Source of the DNA: Scenedesmus sp. PABB004 | Taxonomy: Eukaryota | Assembly (NCBI GenBank): GCA_014905635.1 | Contig: JABVCE010000016.1 | Coordinates: 434,001 to 498,000, forward strand | Reading direction: 5' to 3' | Length of the DNA: 64,000 nt | Shown here: positions 61,443 through 64,000 of the stretch, one piece after another | Layout of the letters: the number at the start of each line of letters is the position of its first letter | Numbering within the stretch: the stretch's first letter is position 1 | Notes under the pieces: generated by a model | What the model was told of the DNA's origin: nothing | Seen by the model: the letters and a program-made list of their open reading frames with translations, nothing else | Databases searched by the model: none | Made by a program: the position numbers and the translations under genes

Positions 61443-63034
61443 ATGGACGCCCCGCAGCAGCCGGCCCCCGCCGGCGCCGACGGCCGCGGCGGGCCGCCAA
61501 AGAAGACCTTCACGGTGCGCCGCCGGCCTGCGACGGAGGCGGTCGCGCAGGCTGGCCGCGGCCGCGCACGCGCGCGACCGCCGCTGCCCGGGCGCAGATC
61601 GCGGTCGAGGGCTGCTGCCACGGCGAGCTGGACAACATCTACGCCACGCTCGCCCACCTGGAGCGCGCCGAGGGGCGCAAGGTCGACCTGCTCATCTGCT
61701 GCGGCGACTTCCAGGCGCGCGCGGGCGCGGCGCCCGCGCGGCGCCGCACCCCCCGCGCCGCGCGGCCGGTCGCGCTGCGCCGCGCCCGGCGGCGCGCCCG
61801 GAAGTCGCAGCGCCGCGACCTGCGCCGCGCGCCGCGCTGCTGCTGCGCGCGCGCAGGCGGTGCGCAACCTGGACGACCTGGAGACTATGAGCGTGCCGGT
61901 CAAGTACCGGCAGCTGATGACGTTTTGGAAGTACTACAGCGGCGCCGCGGTCGCGCCCGTGCCGACGCTGTTCAGTGAGCACCCGCGCGCACCGCGCGGC
62001 GGCGGCGCGGCGGCGGCGGCGGCGGCGCGGCGGCGGCGGCGCGGCGGGCCGGCGCGGGTGCGGGTGCGAGGCGCGCGCGACCACCACGCCGCGCAGTCGG
62101 CGGCAACCACGAGGCCACCAACTACCTGTGGGAGCTGCACTACGGCGGCTGGGCGGCGCCAAACATCTACTTCCTGGGCTATTCCGGTGCGCCGCGTGCG
62201 CCGGGCCCCCAGTGGTCGAGCCGCGCCGGGCTGAGCGGCCGGGCGCGGCGGCCGCGCGCCACGCCGCGCGCCGCGCCGCCATGCCGCGCGCCGTGCTGCC
62301 ACGCGCCGCGCCGCGCCGCAGGCGCGGTGCGCTTCGGCGGGCACCGCATTGCGGGACTGTCGGGCACGTTTGTCGCGCCCCACTTTGGCTGGGGGCACCA
62401 CGAGGCGCTGCCGTACGACGAGCGGTGCGTGAAGAGCGCTTACCACGTGCGCGCACTGCACGTCCACCGCCTCATGCAGGTGCGCCCGCGCGGCCGGCCG
62501 CCCGCGCGGCCGGCCGCCCGCGCGGCCGCGCGCCTGCTGGTGGCGGCTGCTCCGGCGCGGGCCCGGCACGCCGCGTGCCGCTCGCTGAGCCGCGCCTCGC
62601 CGCGCAGCTGCGGGAGCCGACGAGCGTGTTCCTGAGCCACGACTGGCCCAACCTCATCACGCGCCACGGCAACGCGGCGTGGCTGTTCAAGAAAAAGCCC
62701 TACTTCCAGAAGGAGGTGCGCCCGCGGCGGCGCCTGCGGCGGCGCGCGCGGCGGCGCGCGCGACGGCGGCGCGCGCGGCAGCGCCCGCGGCGGCGGCGCG
62801 CGGCGGCGGCGCGCGCGGGCGGCGCGCGGGAGGAGCAAGCCCGCCGTGCGGCGCGCCGCGTCCGCAGGCGGAGCGCGGCGACCTCGGCAGCCCGCCCAAC
62901 CAGGCGCTGCTGGAGGCGCTGCAGCCGGACTACTACTTTGCGGCGCACCTGCACGTCAAGTTCCCCGCGGTCGTGCGCCACGGCGGCGGCGCCGGCGGCG
63001 GCGTGCCGGGCGCGGCGCAGCCGGCGCCGGGCGC

Positions 63035-63072
<38 letters not shown>

Positions 63073-64000
63073 CGGCGGCGGCGGGCGCGGGGCAGCAGCA
63101 GGCGGCGGCGGGCGCTGGCGGCGGGGAGCGGGTGACGCGCTTCCTCGCGCTGGACAAGTGCCTGCCGGGGCGCGACTTCCTGCAGGCGAGCGCGCGCGCC
63201 GCACGGCGCGTCGCCGCGCGCCGCGCCGCGCCGCGCCGCGCTGCGTGGGCGGGCGCGCGCTCACGCGCTGCCTGCGCGGCGCGTTGCGCGGTGGCGCTTA
63301 GGTGGTCGAGCTCGAGGCGCGCGGCCCGCTGGAGCTGAGCTACGACGCCGAGTGGCTCGCCGTGCTGCGCAGCACGCACGGCCTCATGTCGACCAGCAAG
63401 CACGCGCCGCCGCTGCCGCCAGACTGGGGCGGCCGCGCGGGTGCGGCGCGGCGGCGGCGGCAGCGGGCGGCGCGGCCGGGGCCGGGCCCCCATTGCTAGC
63501 TCGGCCCGCCGGCCGCTCTCCCCCGACGCTGCGCCGCCGGCGCCGCCGCGCCGCGCGGCGCGCGCAGGGCCGGCGCCCGAGGACGTCGCGCACGTGGAGC
63601 GCCTGCTGTCCGAGCGCGGCAGCGCGGCGATTCCGCACAACTTTGCCCCGACCGCGCCGGCGTTCGACCCCGTCGCGGGGCGCGTGCGCGGCGCGATGCC
63701 GCGTTCCGACCTGCGCAACCCGCAGACCGTCGCGCTGCTCGACTGGCTGGGCCTGCCGTACAACCTCGACCACGCCGCCAACGCGCGCGGCGGCGGCGGC
63801 GGCGGCGGCGGCGGCTGGGCGCGGCGGCCAGGTGCGAGGGCGGGGCGCGCGGGCGCGCGGGCGCGCGGGCGCGCCGCGCCGCCGACGCGCCGCCGACGCG
63901 CGCGCGCCGTCGCCGCGCCGCCCGCGCAGCCGTCGCCGCGGCGGGGGCCGGCCCCGCGTACGCGGCGCCGCGCGGGCTGCTCTCGCAGCAGCAGGGCGGC
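61443..64000 (+). CDS. DBR1: RNA lariat debranching enzyme; spliced, truncated by the window end
   Basis: [79 protein letters not shown]. Confidence 0.95.

Overview
Extremely GC-rich, intron-dense eukaryotic nuclear DNA, most consistent with a chlorophyte green alga (plastid-related genes TIC110 and CGLD27, an algal SnRK2, TGTAA poly(A) signals, TTTAGGG-like repeats). Most long ORFs in the six-frame track are GC artefacts, so real genes were reassembled across introns by eye. About 16 spliced genes: a UPF0658-like membrane protein, a leishmanolysin/GP63 (M8) protease, CGLD27/Ycf36, TGS1, a PNUTS-like PP1 adaptor, SnRK2, an uncharacterised membrane protein, an HsdR-like helicase fused to TFIIS-like domains, TIC110, two tandem SULTR sulfate transporters, a secreted Ala/Pro-rich protein, a low-complexity protein, a plastid membrane protein, a DHHC palmitoyltransferase and DBR1. 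Top finding: an intron-containing gene (minus strand, ~24533-29500) encoding a Type I restriction enzyme R-subunit (HsdR)-type SF2 motor with no visible nuclease domain and no hsdM/hsdS in the window. It appears joined to a complete TFIIS-like module (N-terminal, central, Zn-ribbon) whose catalytic DE hairpin is altered, suggesting a domesticated bacterial restriction motor coupled to RNA polymerase II. Other signals: very frequent GC-AG introns, polarised telomere-like heptamers in introns, an inverted SULTR fragment between SnRK2 and a convergent gene, and a DHHC enzyme missing three zinc ligands. Coordinates come from manual reading; family calls are from motif recognition, not database searches.
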